Source of the DNA: Octopus vulgaris
Lineage: Eukaryota
Reading direction: 5' to 3'
Length of the DNA: 64,000 nt
Assembly: GCA_951406725.2 (NCBI GenBank)
Contig: OX597819.1
Location: forward strand, 71,796,001 to 71,860,000
This document shows, in pieces, positions 40,330-53,932 of the stretch (positions are counted from its first letter, which is position 1; the number at the start of each line of letters is the position of its first letter). The position numbers and the translations under genes are program-made. The notes below the pieces were generated by a model. It was given only the letters and a program-made list of their open reading frames with translations, had not been told where the DNA came from and ran no database searches.

Positions 40330-41345
40330 AGACAATGAGGTACACACTCCCAATTCGTTCTGCCACATTCTAACGTGAATATGCTAATCGCTGGTGTGTT
40401 TCGTCGCTGGAGAACACCTCCTCCCTCTAAAGATACGAGTTCATAACACACTCGATCTATTGATAGTATGGGACCTTAAAACACTGCAATGTTCCAGGCT
40501 GATTTTGTATCACTTCAATCAAATCTTCTATATTAATGAATCTAAGAAGAATCATGACTTGTTCTCAGAAATCAGTAAACAAATTTTTTGCTGAAGCATG
40601 CTTCTGTCTGCCAAAATGATTGATGAGGTGCACGCAAAACAATAAGAATCCAAACTAAAATGTATCCGTTCATTCTCAATGTGTTCAGGTTGATTCTGAC
40701 ATGAATATGCTGATCGATGTTGTTTGGGGGCATCATAACACACCTTCTGTCTTTAAACGATGTTTTCTGAACACAGTTGATTTATTGATGTGAGGAAACC
40801 TTTAAACAGTGCAATGTTTCGACATTATTGTGTTTCTCATCAGTCAAATCCATCCCAACGGATTGACAGAACTGGTCGGAGTAAAGGTTCTAGTTTATAG
40901 AAAGCAGCAAGCGAAGTATTTGCTAATGCATGCCGATGACTGCCAAACTGATTATAATTCGTGAGGTGCACGTCGTGCGATGAGAATTCAAACAGTAACG
41001 TCATAATTTACTCTCAAAGTGAAGACACGTGACTTAGTGATTAGGGTAGTGCACTGACGACCGATAGATCATAAGTTCGATTCCCAAATCAGTCGGAGTG
41101 TTGTGTCCTTGAGCAAAACAATTCATTTCACGAATTTCCAATTCACTCAGCTATAGAGTAACCATCCGATCAGGGGGGAGTGTTGGCCTACTTGCCAAAC
41201 CAGATGAGCGACATCATTCGAAAGTTAAAATGATGCAAAACGCATAGTGGCCAGCGATGTATAACAATATTCGACAGGCTGGTCCATTGGTCCATGCCGT
41301 GAAGCCATGACACCGTGATTTACTCTCAATACGTTCTAGCAGATA
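40330..41345. repeat. Old diverged tandem repeat (~300-340 bp unit), interrupted by a SINE
   Basis: Shared blocks tgaatatgct(a/g)atcg, acacct, taaa(a)ca(c/g)tgcaatgtt, tcaaatc and gaggt(a/g)cac recur near 40337, 40624 and 40962. Confidence 0.7.
41018..41317 (+). mobile_element. Family 3 SINE with alternative tail and 12-bp TSD
   Basis: TSD atttactctcaa at 41006-41017 and 41318-41329. The tail is homologous to 26265-26360. Confidence 0.8.
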
Positions 41346-42297
41346 AGAGGTATAAAAACAACATAACTACATTAATAACAATGATATTCTTTAACTGAAT
41401 CCTAGCTGATGATAGAACCGAGCCTGCACACATCCAAAGCCATCAATTCCTCCTGAAGAACCATAAACCCGACTTTACTTGCAACCCATCCCATAGCATT
41501 CATCGTGGCTGTGTGGTTCCAGATTCAGTCCCACTGCGTGGCACTTTAGGCAAGTGTCTCCCACTATAGCCTCGGGCCGAACAAGCCTTGTGAGTGGATT
41601 TGGTAGACGGAAGCTGAAAGAAACCGATGCTGGTGTGTTCACGCCCCCGTAACTTGGCAGTTCGGTAAAAGAAACAGATAGAATAAGTACTAGGCTTACT
41701 AAGATTGAGTCACAGAGTCCGATTTGCTCGACTAAAGGCGTTGCTCCAGCATGACCGCAGTCAATGACTGAAACAAATAAAAGAATAAAAGAATAACTCT
41801 CGAAATAGGATATCGGCTGCAGGAGAAAATGTATTTTAAAAAGAGTTCTTTTGAAGGTTAAGGAAGACGCGGGCCTGAGTCTATGGGAGGGTAAATGCAG
41901 GGAAACGATGCTCTGGTTTAAATAACAACGCCTCATGTGTGTGTGTGTGTACGTGAGTCTGTGTGTATATGTGTTTGTATGTGTGTGTGTGTGTTTGTGT
42001 TTGTGCATGTGTGTGTATGTGGGTGAGTATTTATGTATATATATATATATAGAGAGAGAGAGAGGTGGGGAGAGAGAGTGAGTGAGAGAGAGGTAGAGAC
42101 GGAGTTAACGCTATGAGGATTTATAAACTTTCGACAGAACATGGAACAATTCCTTTTTGAAACAGTGGATCTCGATGTACGTATAAAGCTATCAATAATA
42201 GCAAATAAAATATTGGGTCGTAAAAACCTGTTCGGATAGAAAGTCGAACGGTGCCACTGGGATACAAACCTACATCTCCTGTACTCATGACAGGGGT

Positions 42298-42355
<58 letters not shown>

Positions 42356-42359
42356 TATT

Positions 42360-42422
<63 letters not shown>

Positions 42423-42760
42423 GTGCATTTATATATATATACTAACATATACGTACATTCTCGTACACATGCACACACATGCATATACATATATACTTAT
42501 ATAAGCGTGGACATTTTAATTTCAACACACTCTTGTACACAATAACGTAAAAGAAAAAAAATACATTCGCCGCGTGACTTTTGACTCGAATGAGAAATAT
42601 TTTTGTCTGTTAAGTTTGTGTTTAAAATTTTTTACAAAGAATAGTTTCTCCGTGACAAAATCCCGCGATGAATGCATTTCACGTTCCAATGCACAAGAGT
42701 GTGTTAAAAGTAAATGTACACATTTTCATATTGATCGACATGTTTGTCTCAAACATCTAA

Positions 42761-42858
<98 letters not shown>

Positions 42859-43094
42859 GTGCAGACAAATAGACAGGCTGGCGGCAGGCATGTAGGAAGT
42901 TAGTTGGGTAGGTATGTAGATGGTTAGATTGGTAAACAGATAGAGGGATAGAAAGAAAGTGAGAAAGAGACAGACAGACAGACAGATTGTTAGACAGACA
43001 GATAGATAGATAGATAGATAGAAAGATAGATAGATAGATAGGTAGGTAGGTAGGTAGGTAGGTAGGTAGGTAGGTAGGTAGGTAGGTAGGTAAG

Positions 43095-43195
<101 letters not shown>

Positions 43196-43458
43196 CAGTA
43201 CAGCCTCCTAATCGATAGCTGCTAACCCTATCCACGTCAGAGATTGGCTAAATTGCCTTAAGACATAAAGGGAGGTAACTCCATCCAACGGTTTACACAA
43301 GCCCATACGTACACTGACATGCATAATATATACGCGGTGGTTCTCATATATAGATCACTGCTTCATACACATCTGCATGCAGAGGTATTTACTATAGTAA
43401 TACCAATCTACCGGTATTGTATGTATGTATAGCTCTACATACATACATACATGTATGT

Positions 43459-43545
<87 letters not shown>

Positions 43546-43846
43546 TGTGTGTGTACGACGAGGTTCTCAGTTTCCGTCTACATAATCCACTCACAAGGCC
43601 TTGGTCGGATCCGGGCCGTAGGAGAAGACACTTGCCCAAGGTGTCACACAGGAGGACTCAACCAGGAGCTATCTGGTTAGGATTTGAGTTTCTTAACACA
43701 AAGCCACGCCTGCACCCATATACTGTATGTGTGAGCGTGTATGTATATGTGTGTATTGTGCGCGCGTGTGTATATGTGTGTGTACATACACACACACACA
43801 CACACACACATATACATATGCAGATACACGCCCATACGTGTATATG

Positions 43847-43902
<56 letters not shown>

Positions 43903-44192
43903 CAAAATATATATATATATATACATATCTACATATATATATATATATGTGTGTGTATGTATGTATGTATGTATGTATATGTACACATATATATATATAT
44001 ATAAATGACAAAGACTGATGAAGTAAGTTCATCTGTGCGCAGCGTGGTTCGCAGTTCGATCCACGCCGTACCGCTTGTTAGTACATCTAGGACTACTATA
44101 TGAACACACCACCATCGCCGCCGCTACTAGCCTAAACACCACCATTTCACATATTGCATAACACATGTCATCACCACCTCCGCCACCACTGC

Positions 44193-44280
<88 letters not shown>

Positions 44281-45206
44281 GCTACTGCTGCTGCTGCATG
44301 TGCTGCGGCATGCTCCCGTTTCTGCCGCTGCTGCTAGTACTCCTAGTTTTACTACATCTATTATTACTACTATAACTAGTATTATTATTGTTAATGCCAC
44401 TATTACTACTGCTGCTGCTACTATCACTACTACCACTACTACTACGATTGCTGTTGCTGCAGCTACAGTGTTGCTGCTACCCTTGGTGTTGTTGCTGTTG
44501 CTCTGCATCTGTCATACTATGGCCATCGAAACCACATCCACCATCATCATGAATATCAATGCGATATCACATGTGAATATTCAACATGGAGCCACCATTG
44601 CCTCTTCTTAATTCTGACACCACAGCCGCCATCCCCATCGTTACAACTATAACGAGGAAGTCTACAGGTGCCATTTTGGATCGGAGAGAAATAGCAGTCA
44701 ATTCTCCCTGAAATCAAAGGCTTTTCTTTCATGGATATACTCAATCGAAACTTGTCTCGTTCTAAACAACAAACACGATGATAACAGCAACCGCCATAAC
44801 TTCGCGTCCCACCCATGACCACCACCACCACTACCACTGCAAGTATGACATCAAACGCTGACACCATCTACAGTGTTAATTACCAGTGTTAATTAACTAT
44901 TGCCTCAGTCACTCTATTGATTATATAACTCTGAATAAATTTGTATAATAAGAGGGTATATAAATTGATGTAGAGTCATACACAGGCATGACTGTATTTG
45001 ATGGGGGAACAAAATGCACGGACGTGCGCGCGCCCATGCGTACATATGCATCCGATAAAGCTATATGCCGTGTGCAAATACTTGTTTAGGTTTGTATAAA
45101 ATTATTCATATAATGAATACACGCACACAAATACAAACACACACACACATATACATACAAACATACAGACAGACTGGCAGACAAACAGACAGACAGACTG
45201 ACAAAC

Positions 45207-45288
<82 letters not shown>

Positions 45289-45304
45289 TAGGTAGGTAGG
45301 TAGG

Positions 45305-45416
<112 letters not shown>

Positions 45417-45565
45417 CAGATAGATATACTTACCATATATAAACAAATATATATATACATATATATATAGTTGGAATTTACAAAAAAAAAACTAAACAAA
45501 AGACGAAGACGGGTGTGTAAACAACAAACAGATGTATTAGTTTAACGCTCAGGAAGTGAGAAAGT

Positions 45566-45601
45566 CTTTTACATTTCGAGTCTACGCCCTTCGACAGAAA
45601 G
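45566..45601 (-). ncRNA. Minimal hammerhead-like motif, CUGUCGA core (family B, degenerate)
   Basis: cuuu CUGUCGA A GGGC-GUAG-ACUC GAAA UG UA aaag, inside the pLTR copy at ~45470-45670. Confidence 0.6.
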
Positions 45602-45662
45602 GAACAGAAGTAAAGAGGGAGAGAAAATGAAAAGGGTTTAGTGGTTAGCGATCAACCATGGC

Positions 45663-45702
<40 letters not shown>

Positions 45703-45725
45703 TATCACTTCTATCTAACAATCAA

Positions 45726-45763
<38 letters not shown>

Positions 45764-45771
45764 TATATATA

Positions 45772-48050
45772 TACATAATTGCTAAAGAGGACAAAAATCA
45801 TTAAGGCAAGGCAAACATCTCAAGCCATATACATTATTATTGGAAGAAATTATCCCATACATATACACTAAATATAAAATCTAGTATCACCTCATGTAAC
45901 AAACGTAAACTTATCCCTTAATATTTAAATGCATACAACCCTACCATAAACGCACTCAATGAAAACACTAACACTGATCGCAATAACATATGCAATATCC
46001 CTGGCCCGACCACTTTGAACAGCTCAAACATACATAATATAGTTCCCACCTTGGAGGGTAATGGGTGCGCAGCTGAAACCGACACAAACACTAATAGTCA
46101 CACTGATACTAACAATACTAACTATATTATAACCACTACAACTAATAATACCTATATTACAACTACTAATAGGGCTAGTAATAATATTAATATTAGAACC
46201 AACGGCAATATTACCATTAATTAAAATAATACTACAACTAACACTCCTATCACAAACGCTACTACTAACAGTTGCAATAATAACGTCACTAATACCACCT
46301 CCACTACCACTGCTAATACTAACGCTACGACCAATAATGCGAATACTGCTGCTGCTACTACTACTATTACTAGTTATATTACTACTACTAGTAATATTAC
46401 TACTACTAGTAGTAATGATAATAATAATTGTAACAGCGATGCTGATAACGCTGATGACAATAATAATTATAATGGCAATGCTGGCGTTGATATTGATAGT
46501 AGAAATGACGGCAATAATGACAGCAATATCACGTACGAATCACCCAATACTGCCCTAGCCACTACCAGCACGACCACATCGTTCGCTCTCTCTCTCTCTC
46601 TCTCTCTCTCCCCAATTAACCATTTTAGAACTAATAGCTGCAACTGCAGATCTGGGACAGACTGCCCACTGCAAGCCCAACGCAGAAGATTCAACGATGT
46701 ATACCAATGCACCGTTCACAACATAGTAAATAACTCCTATAGCTGCCACATTGGATCTACCACAATTTTAATACAAAGATATTGTACACACTTAAACACA
46801 TTTGAATATAAAGAAAATAGTAATTCCACTTCAATAGCCAGCCACATACACCATCTATTTAATAGAAAAATACAATATAAATTTTCCTGGACTGGGCTAT
46901 AATAGACTCGGATATCCCATATTAGTGACAGCACTCAATTTGTGGACTCTGCTGAAAAGAAACCCTCAAAATTTTAACCCATAACTTACGATAATTGCTT
47001 AATAAACCCAATGAAGCCTTCACTACGTGTAATCACAAATTCTTCTGCACTTTCGAATTCTTTCATAAATCTATATGTAAGCTCACTCCCAAGAATGACA
47101 CCCACATAAAATCTCCATGATCATTAACACATACCCCACTATATCTCTTCTATCTACCTTACTTCATCACTTTACAAGATATATATTAATTCTTTGTTAT
47201 TTTTAAACGTTAACCTAATAAATCCCCTAATATTTAATTCAAACTCCTACTCCTAAATAATTTAATATTCAACTAGTTCCTCCATTCTCGAATACCTACA
47301 CACCCATAACCCCATTGCTAAAAATAACTCTACAGCCACTGACCTTAGCGAGAACGGACACAAGTATTTACTACTAGATTTCCTCTCCAACTCCTACAGA
47401 CTAGAAGAATACCACTAACCCCTACTACTCTCTTTAAATTCCTTTCATTTTGATCTATTTAGTTTATTTTATTACGTTATCTTCCTCTACTTCCTCATGC
47501 TCTCGCTATCTTTGTACACTATATTCTTAGACACTATATGCTTATATATCTTATGTTATCCTTAACTTCCTCCCTCACTCTATCTATTTTCCTTTCTATT
47601 TATTTACTTTCCTTTCTATTTACCACTTAATAGCCACCTCCGCCATAATTCTACCATTCTATTATTGAACGGTGATATATTCGCGTATTTTTCTGAATAT
47701 TTACACTATCACGACTTTAACCTACAGGGATTTACGCAGGGTTGCACCTAAGGACTTATGAACTTACTTCTATAAGATCGAAAAGTTGAACTGTGAACTT
47801 TAATGCTTCTTTTTTTCTTCTTTTTGTTCATTTCCTTATTCCTTTACTCTCGTCATCTATGTCATAATTTCATTAATCTATCCCCTTCGCATTTTCCATA
47901 TTTGTCTTCTATAACATAATATCTCATACTCTGGGATATCCCAGAAACAGCTGTAAGACTCTGAATCTTTTTTCTAAAAGTAACATTGTAATATGACTGT
48001 AGATATTTACCTTGCCTTAATGTTTGTTGTCCTCTTTAAACAATTATATA
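45772..48050 (+). mobile_element. Naiad-like Penelope element: Zn-finger/GIY-YIG relic, 3' UTR and inverted 5' copy of its end
   Basis: LNIKSSITSCNKRKL (~45867), then an N/T-rich linker, then SCNCRSGTDCPLQ..VYQCTV..HIGSTT..QRYCTHLNTF..STSIASHIH..FSW..ICGLC*KE..LLNKPNEAFTTCNHK (~46636-47045). Segment 45772-45850 is the reverse complement of 47970-48050. A decayed hammerhead sits at 47904-47959 (GAAA CAGCUG UA agac). Confidence 0.82.
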
Positions 48051-48196
48051 ACTGCTATATGGGAAATCTGCAATGGCTCCATAACTACCGTCTCGGCTAT
48101 GACCGTGGAGCCCTAGTAATCCGTTACAGCACTTACCTAGCGTACCTAATCGCTTAGATCGCCTTTGAACTAAGCCCCCATATTATATATATATAC

Positions 48197-48239
<43 letters not shown>

Positions 48240-48384
48240 TATACCTATGTATATGTGTATGTATGAATATATGTATGTATGCATGCGTGCGTGTGTTTCT
48301 CTGTGTGTGTGTATGTGTGTCGGTTAATAAAAGCGATGGAAGAGATAGGTGGTCGAGCACTACAACGGTTTCAAACTCACCCCA

Positions 48385-48605
48385 GGTAAATCTTAAGTAA
48401 CATTATGAATGTGTTCTAGCCGTCCGGTGGTATACTTCTTCATCAGGTATATACGACTACTCAGTTGAAAATAGTCCACCATAAGGGAAAGTGTGTCCGA
48501 CAGTTGGCTTTCTCCATTACTATTTTCAGTTGAAAAGTTGTATGTTTTTGATGTAAAAGCACACCGGACTACAACAAGACGTTAGTAATGTTATGTTAAT
48601 AACAC
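48385..48605. repeat. Imperfect palindromic MITE-like element
   Basis: Centre near 48497. cagttgaaaatagt pairs with actattttcagttg, and the outer arms gtccggtg and caccggac also pair. Confidence 0.6.
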
Positions 48606-49062
48606 TCGACGTGCTTGTAGAACTTATCTAATCTCTTCAATTACTTTTATTTACAGATATGATTATTGTATTATAAGCAATGACAAGTTTTAATCTAACC
48701 TTTTATGTAGGTAAAGCAGAATCATAGAAAATTATATTTCAATATAAACAAATTTTGCTATGGCGGATGTTACGTATTTTTGTGCGTTGTAAAGCCATAT
48801 AGCTTTGCTTCTGATTTTTAATTTGTTACAAAGAAAGAATGAGAAGCTATTTGGTATATATAAATACACCTTTACACACACAAATACAAGCAAACGCACA
48901 CACCTGCACACACAATTATACACATTAATTTTTTTTGTGTCAGTAATTTTTATCAGAGTACATGAATGTTCAACTTTTACAGGAAGAGGGATGCAGTGAA
49001 TCCGAAGTATAAAGCTTGTATTTATAAGAATATATATGTATATATGTACATATATAGGTGTA

Positions 49063-49113
<51 letters not shown>

Positions 49114-49453
49114 AAAGGGAGATATAGATGGATAGATGCATATGCGTATACTTATACATACATACGTAAATATTTACACACACATCAACACACACACATA
49201 TTTAGCAGAAGCAACAGGGTGATTCAAAATTCGTGAGTTCCGCGCGTTAGCATCACCATACCTATATATATATACAAACACATATGTATTCATTCATCCA
49301 TAATCGTTTTGTCCAGAGAGAGAGAGAGAGAGAGAAAAAGAAAGAAAGAAAGAAAGAAAGAAAGCGAGGGCGATAAATAGATAAATAGATAGGTAGGTAG
49401 GTAGGTAGGTAGGTAGGTAGGTAGGTAGGTAGGTAGGTAGGTAGGTGACTTGG

Positions 49454-49527
<74 letters not shown>

Positions 49528-51436
49528 TGTTTCTTTATTAGCCACACAGGGCTGCACACAGATAGAACAGATTACAAGGTAGAGCTTTTCTTTTGAAGGT
49601 TTAAGAAAAAAAAAAAAAAAAAAAAAGGAAGGGGGAGTTTCGATCAAAAGGGATCGTAAAAGGAGAGAAAGAGGACAAAAAAAGGGGGTTTAAAAAAAAG
49701 GGGGGAAAAAAAAATTGATCAATAGGGATCGTTATCACAGAAATGTCAATATGAAGTGTAAAGGGGAGGACAGGTGAGGTTTACCCGTGCAAAGAAAAGC
49801 CTACGGAAAAGACCACGGTAACCTCGGTCAATGATGTCGCATTTTATATTTCTTTTTTTTTTTTTTTGCAAATAAGCAACTCTCTGTTTTCGATTTCTGG
49901 GTTCATAGGACTATGCTCAAGGTGGCTTCGTCATTCATACGTGCCATTCTTGCTACATTCACCCATCTTTTTTTAAAACATTCGCTAGACAAAACTTGCC
50001 TCTCTACTCTCACTTTCCTTTTCAAGTGGTACTTGAAGAAGTTGATGAGAGATTGACCAGAGAGGAAAGTGTTTGTCTCCAATCCTTTCAGACGCGTCCA
50101 CCAGATACATTCTTTCGCCATAGCCACAAGGATGATGAAAATAGCTCTTCCTTCCCGTTTGAAGGAAGGAGGTGTGACAATATTGACGATAGACTCAGCT
50201 GATAAACCGACTCGTCCCACACGTGACAGCAGTTGTTCGACATAAGCCCACAGGTCGGAAATTGTTGGACACTGAACGAGTGCGTGCAGAACGGTTTCGT
50301 CGCTCTGATCGCATCTCGGGCAGGTCGGCCCCGTGTTTCTCGAGCCGTGTCTGTAGAGCTTATCCCGAACGGGTAGCGCTTCTCGGTAGCACTGCCAGGC
50401 CAGGGATCTCTGGAAGTTGTCCATGGGCCCTGGCCCGAAAGTCGTCCTGAACAGGCGGGTCAGGTACTCCTCGTCGACGTCCAGGTTCGCCCCGAGCTCG
50501 TCGTCGTACCTCCCCTCCACTAAACCCCTATAGAATGCTTTGGTTGTGTTGAAGTCACTTAAGGTCGACCCAGGACGGCAGAGTTGCTTGAGAGCAACGC
50601 GACACTCGCGGTGCCATTCGCCCTTCCTCGGCCTCTTTTTGATCCACGACTGCAGTTCGGTCATGGAGACGAGCTGCGGGAAAGCGTGCCTCACAAACGG
50701 CGACCACACCTGTTCACCGTCGTCTACATAGAGCCAGAGATGCCGCAGTCTCAGCGCGTGTCTGCGCATCATCAACCACGGCATGCCCAGCCCTCCTTTT
50801 AACGGGTGTTGACAGCAAATGGATCGCCTGACCATCGGGACGCATCCTTTCCACAAGAAGCGAAAGAGGATGCGTTGTAGTTTGGTGATGGTAGGGTCGG
50901 GACAAGGTACGACGGTCAGGCGGTAGTAGATGACGGACGCGATGTACGTGTTCGCCACCTCCGCTCGACCTTTTAGGGACAGTTTCCTCTCGGCCCATTG
51001 CCGGGCGAGAGTGACCACCCTACTCGTTATCTCGTTCCAGTTCTTCTCCACTTGGAGGTCCGGACCAAACCAGACCCCGAGCAACTCAACCGGGCCGTCG
51101 GTCCAGCGTCCCACGACGGAGGCGCTGGTGGACGGCATGGGCTTGCTTCTCCAGGTGCCTAGTCGCAAGCCCACTGACTTTTCCCGGTTGATTTTCGCTC
51201 CTGTCACCGCTTCGTAGTTTTTCAGTGTCTCGCCGACCAGCTCGATGTGCTCGTGGCTAGACACTATGACGTTGACGTCGTCCGCGTATGCAGACACGCT
51301 CGTCCCGCATCCCAATTCTCGCGGGATGCCCCTTAGAGTCGCCAGCTTCCGCAGTAGTGGCTCAAGAGTCAATACGTATAGAAGCGCCGAGAGGGGCATC
51401 CTGACGGACCGAACATGCAATGTTGAAAGGTCTCGA
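49528..51436 (-). mobile_element. 5'-truncated Tx1/L1-clade LINE inserted in a (GATA)n microsatellite
   Basis: Contains the RT/zinc-finger ORF below and a 3' UTR ending ggctAATAAAgaaaca directly into (TATC)n. The 5' junction also abuts (TATC)n. Confidence 0.92.
49903..51436 (-). CDS. Tx1-like ORF2 C-terminal part (RT domains 4-7, thumb, CCHC zf-RVT)
   Basis: SRPFNIACSVRQ(GC)PLSALLYVLTLEPL, with a small deletion in the QGCP codons, then SAYADDV, GAKINREKS, LGVWFG, GGLG and CPRCDQSDETVLHALVQC. About 500 codons are uninterrupted. The N-terminal ~35 aa of the track ORF are flanking DNA. Confidence 0.93.
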
Positions 51437-52233
51437 TAGATATAGATAGATAGATAGATGATAGCTTTGAACGTAACCAGTGCCGGCTTATTTTTAGCAG
51501 GATATACAATCAGAGAGATTGCAGAACGACTCAACGAGCAATTGATGCTGTGACCTCAAGTATTCAACAAAGAAAATACGGGAAAGCCTATAAGTATATA
51601 TGAATGAAATCTAGTTGCTATGGTGACAACTTGGTTTGTCATCCTCCGTTGGACCAAAGACTGTTATAAAAGTTGATTAGTTCCTGGGTAATATGATAAT
51701 CTGGAAGGCTTACATATATAGCATTACGTGTGTCTATCGTTCTATTAAACATTTATAAATGACGTACACAGATGCACCGTCAGCGAAATATCTAGGGGTT
51801 AGTGGTAGTTTCTCATCCAGACGATCAAAACGCATCTTACTGACCCTATCATTACTCTTCAGCTAGAGTCATCTAGATGCTTTCACAATAGCCGCTACGC
51901 TGTCCTTTGATGTTTCTTACTCTGCTTATTTTTGTGGTTACATAGGTCTTACTCAACTGCTCACCTCCACTAGTAAATCGATCGATCTTACGACACCCCT
52001 ACACCGAATCTAGGAACCTAACTCTCTTCCTCTCTCTTGCCTCTTCCGCCATCTCCTCCCATGATAGAGTTAAATCCCCAGAGGATTAGCTACCGTGCCA
52101 TATTAAGAAAACTAAAGATGACAAGTCTTGAATATTAGCTTATATAACGCGATAACAAATATATAAATACACATTATATATATACATGTGTGTGTGTGAG
52201 TGTGTATACATATATATATATATAATATATATA

Positions 52234-52521
52234 CAGTGGCGGACTGACCAGGTTGCCAACTTTCCCGATGCCAATGGGCCCCTGCGCCATTAAAATCCAT
52301 ACATGTTGGCCCATGTTAGTATCTAAGGGGAGACACATCCCCTCAAGTTTGAGGATTTTTATCCACTCCTGGAAGAATGCATTAATTATTTCAGCCTGGC
52401 TGTGTTTGAAGACAGTTGAAAAGAATACTTTTAGCAAAAAAAAGAAAAAATGATAGCATTGCAGTTGCAGGTGGACCCCCTTAATCTCCTGGCAACCAAT
52501 ATTTTTAGACCCAGTGCGCCA

Positions 52522-52524
<3 letters not shown>
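52234..52524. mobile_element. hAT-like MITE inserted in (TA)n
   Basis: TIRs cagtggcggactg and cagtgcgccactg, subterminal ggttgcca/tggcaacc, and tatatata on both sides. Confidence 0.75.
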
Positions 52525-52559
<35 letters not shown>

Positions 52560-52561
<2 letters not shown>

Positions 52562-53020
52562 AATATTAAAAAGTGAAAAAACTACAGAAGGCTTGTTTTA
52601 AAAGGTTAAAAAATATATATTTGAGTCATTATGTCTGAAGAATGTTATAAATTTTTTTCATACAATGACATAGTTTTTGAAGAAATGACCGGTTTCGCGT
52701 TCAGCTTTTCAAATTTCTTGTTTACGTTGAGAAGTGTGGAGAAGAGTTCGAGATAAGGGGAGGTAATAAGTGATTTCTTCCGGTGTAAGGGAGATAATCG
52801 CTTAATATTTCTTGCCTTTTTTTGGGAGTGAGTTTCTCTGTATAAGAATGTTGGAATGGTTAAGTTTGGGCTTGTATTTTTCAATGAAGAATGTTTCCTT
52901 GTTTAGTCTAATAGAAACTTTGAGAAACGTTCAACACAACAACACGCCTTCCCCGAAAATACTACCTTACATATCCACATAGAAATAATAGGGGTAGCTG
53001 TTAGCAATTTTTCAATCGAA
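52560..53020 (-). mobile_element. Penelope-like element 3' relic (family E)
   Basis: Minus strand ~52915-52850 encodes IRLNKETFFIEKYKPKLNH (GIY-YIG C-terminal motif). A hammerhead follows ~130 nt downstream. Confidence 0.72.
52680..52719 (-). ncRNA. Intact minimal hammerhead ribozyme with U3-A8 covariation
   Basis: aagaaau UUGAAAA GC-UGAAC-GC GAAA CCGG UC auuucuu: 7-bp stem I, 2-bp stem II, palindromic ACCGGU, GUC cleavage triplet. Confidence 0.82.
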
Positions 53021-53026
53021 AATATA

Positions 53027-53167
53027 TACGTCACTAAAGCGACTGAGGACGCTATTCGGCAGCCAGTATTGCTGGAAATAAGAGTCAAAACAACTCATGT
53101 CTTGTCTTGACTAATATTTCTAGCAATACTGTTGCTGGATAGCGCCCTCAGTCGCCTTAGTGACGTA
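53027..53167. repeat. Near-perfect 141-bp palindrome (hairpin MITE)
   Basis: tacgtcactaaagcgactgagg..gtcaaaacaa, an 8-nt loop, then ttgtcttgac..cctcagtcgccttagtgacgta. Termini are TA. Confidence 0.88.
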
Positions 53168-53181
53168 ACTATCTCATATGC

Positions 53182-53216
<35 letters not shown>

Positions 53217-53592
53217 CTTGAACATCTGTATTTGTATATGTATGTATACGTAAATTCTAAGATGATGTTTGCCCGTAAAAAAAGGGGTTCAAATAGAGAT
53301 AACGGCGTTCGGAAGAAAAAAAGTGTTGGTAACGAGATTAATATAGAATTGATAAAAAATATACTGTTTGTGCTTCCACCTATCTTTTATTTCTAGGAAC
53401 ATTTCATAACACGAATAGACGTGACTAAACGTCTATTTCAAATAATGGTATGGATACTGGTGATATATGGAAGATAGTGGTATTGTTCACCGAGATTCTA
53501 TTGAGAAAACAAGACAGAGAGAGACAATGACGTAGACAAGGAGAAGAAAACGAAATAGTTTATTCGGAAGCGAGGGATTTGAAATGATGATG

Positions 53593-53671
<79 letters not shown>

Positions 53672-53886
53672 CAACAATAATAATATACCAACAACAACAA
53701 TAATAACAACAACAATTATGATAATAATAATAATAACTGTAATGCTGATGATGATGATAACGACTTCGTCTTAATCGTTGGCATAAAGATCTATTCATGC
53801 ATAGAATATAACGAGTTCAAATGTGTTACAAGAAATATGATACGAACTAAATCAGAATAATGAGGTAAGGTCAAAACCTTTATGGA

Positions 53887-53932
<46 letters not shown>

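Noticed and set aside
46953-46955. TGA in CGLC*KE as selenocysteine
   Set aside because: It is not at a conserved Cys position and the ORF has other stops and frameshifts.
48361-48449. CUGAUGA..GAAACCGUU on the minus strand as a long-stem-II hammerhead
   Set aside because: Stem II pairs poorly and the CUGAUGA lies in one arm of a palindromic element whose other arm lacks it.
51780-52060. Possible CR1/Jockey-like ORF2 C-terminal relic
   Set aside because: Only vague similarity, with many stops.
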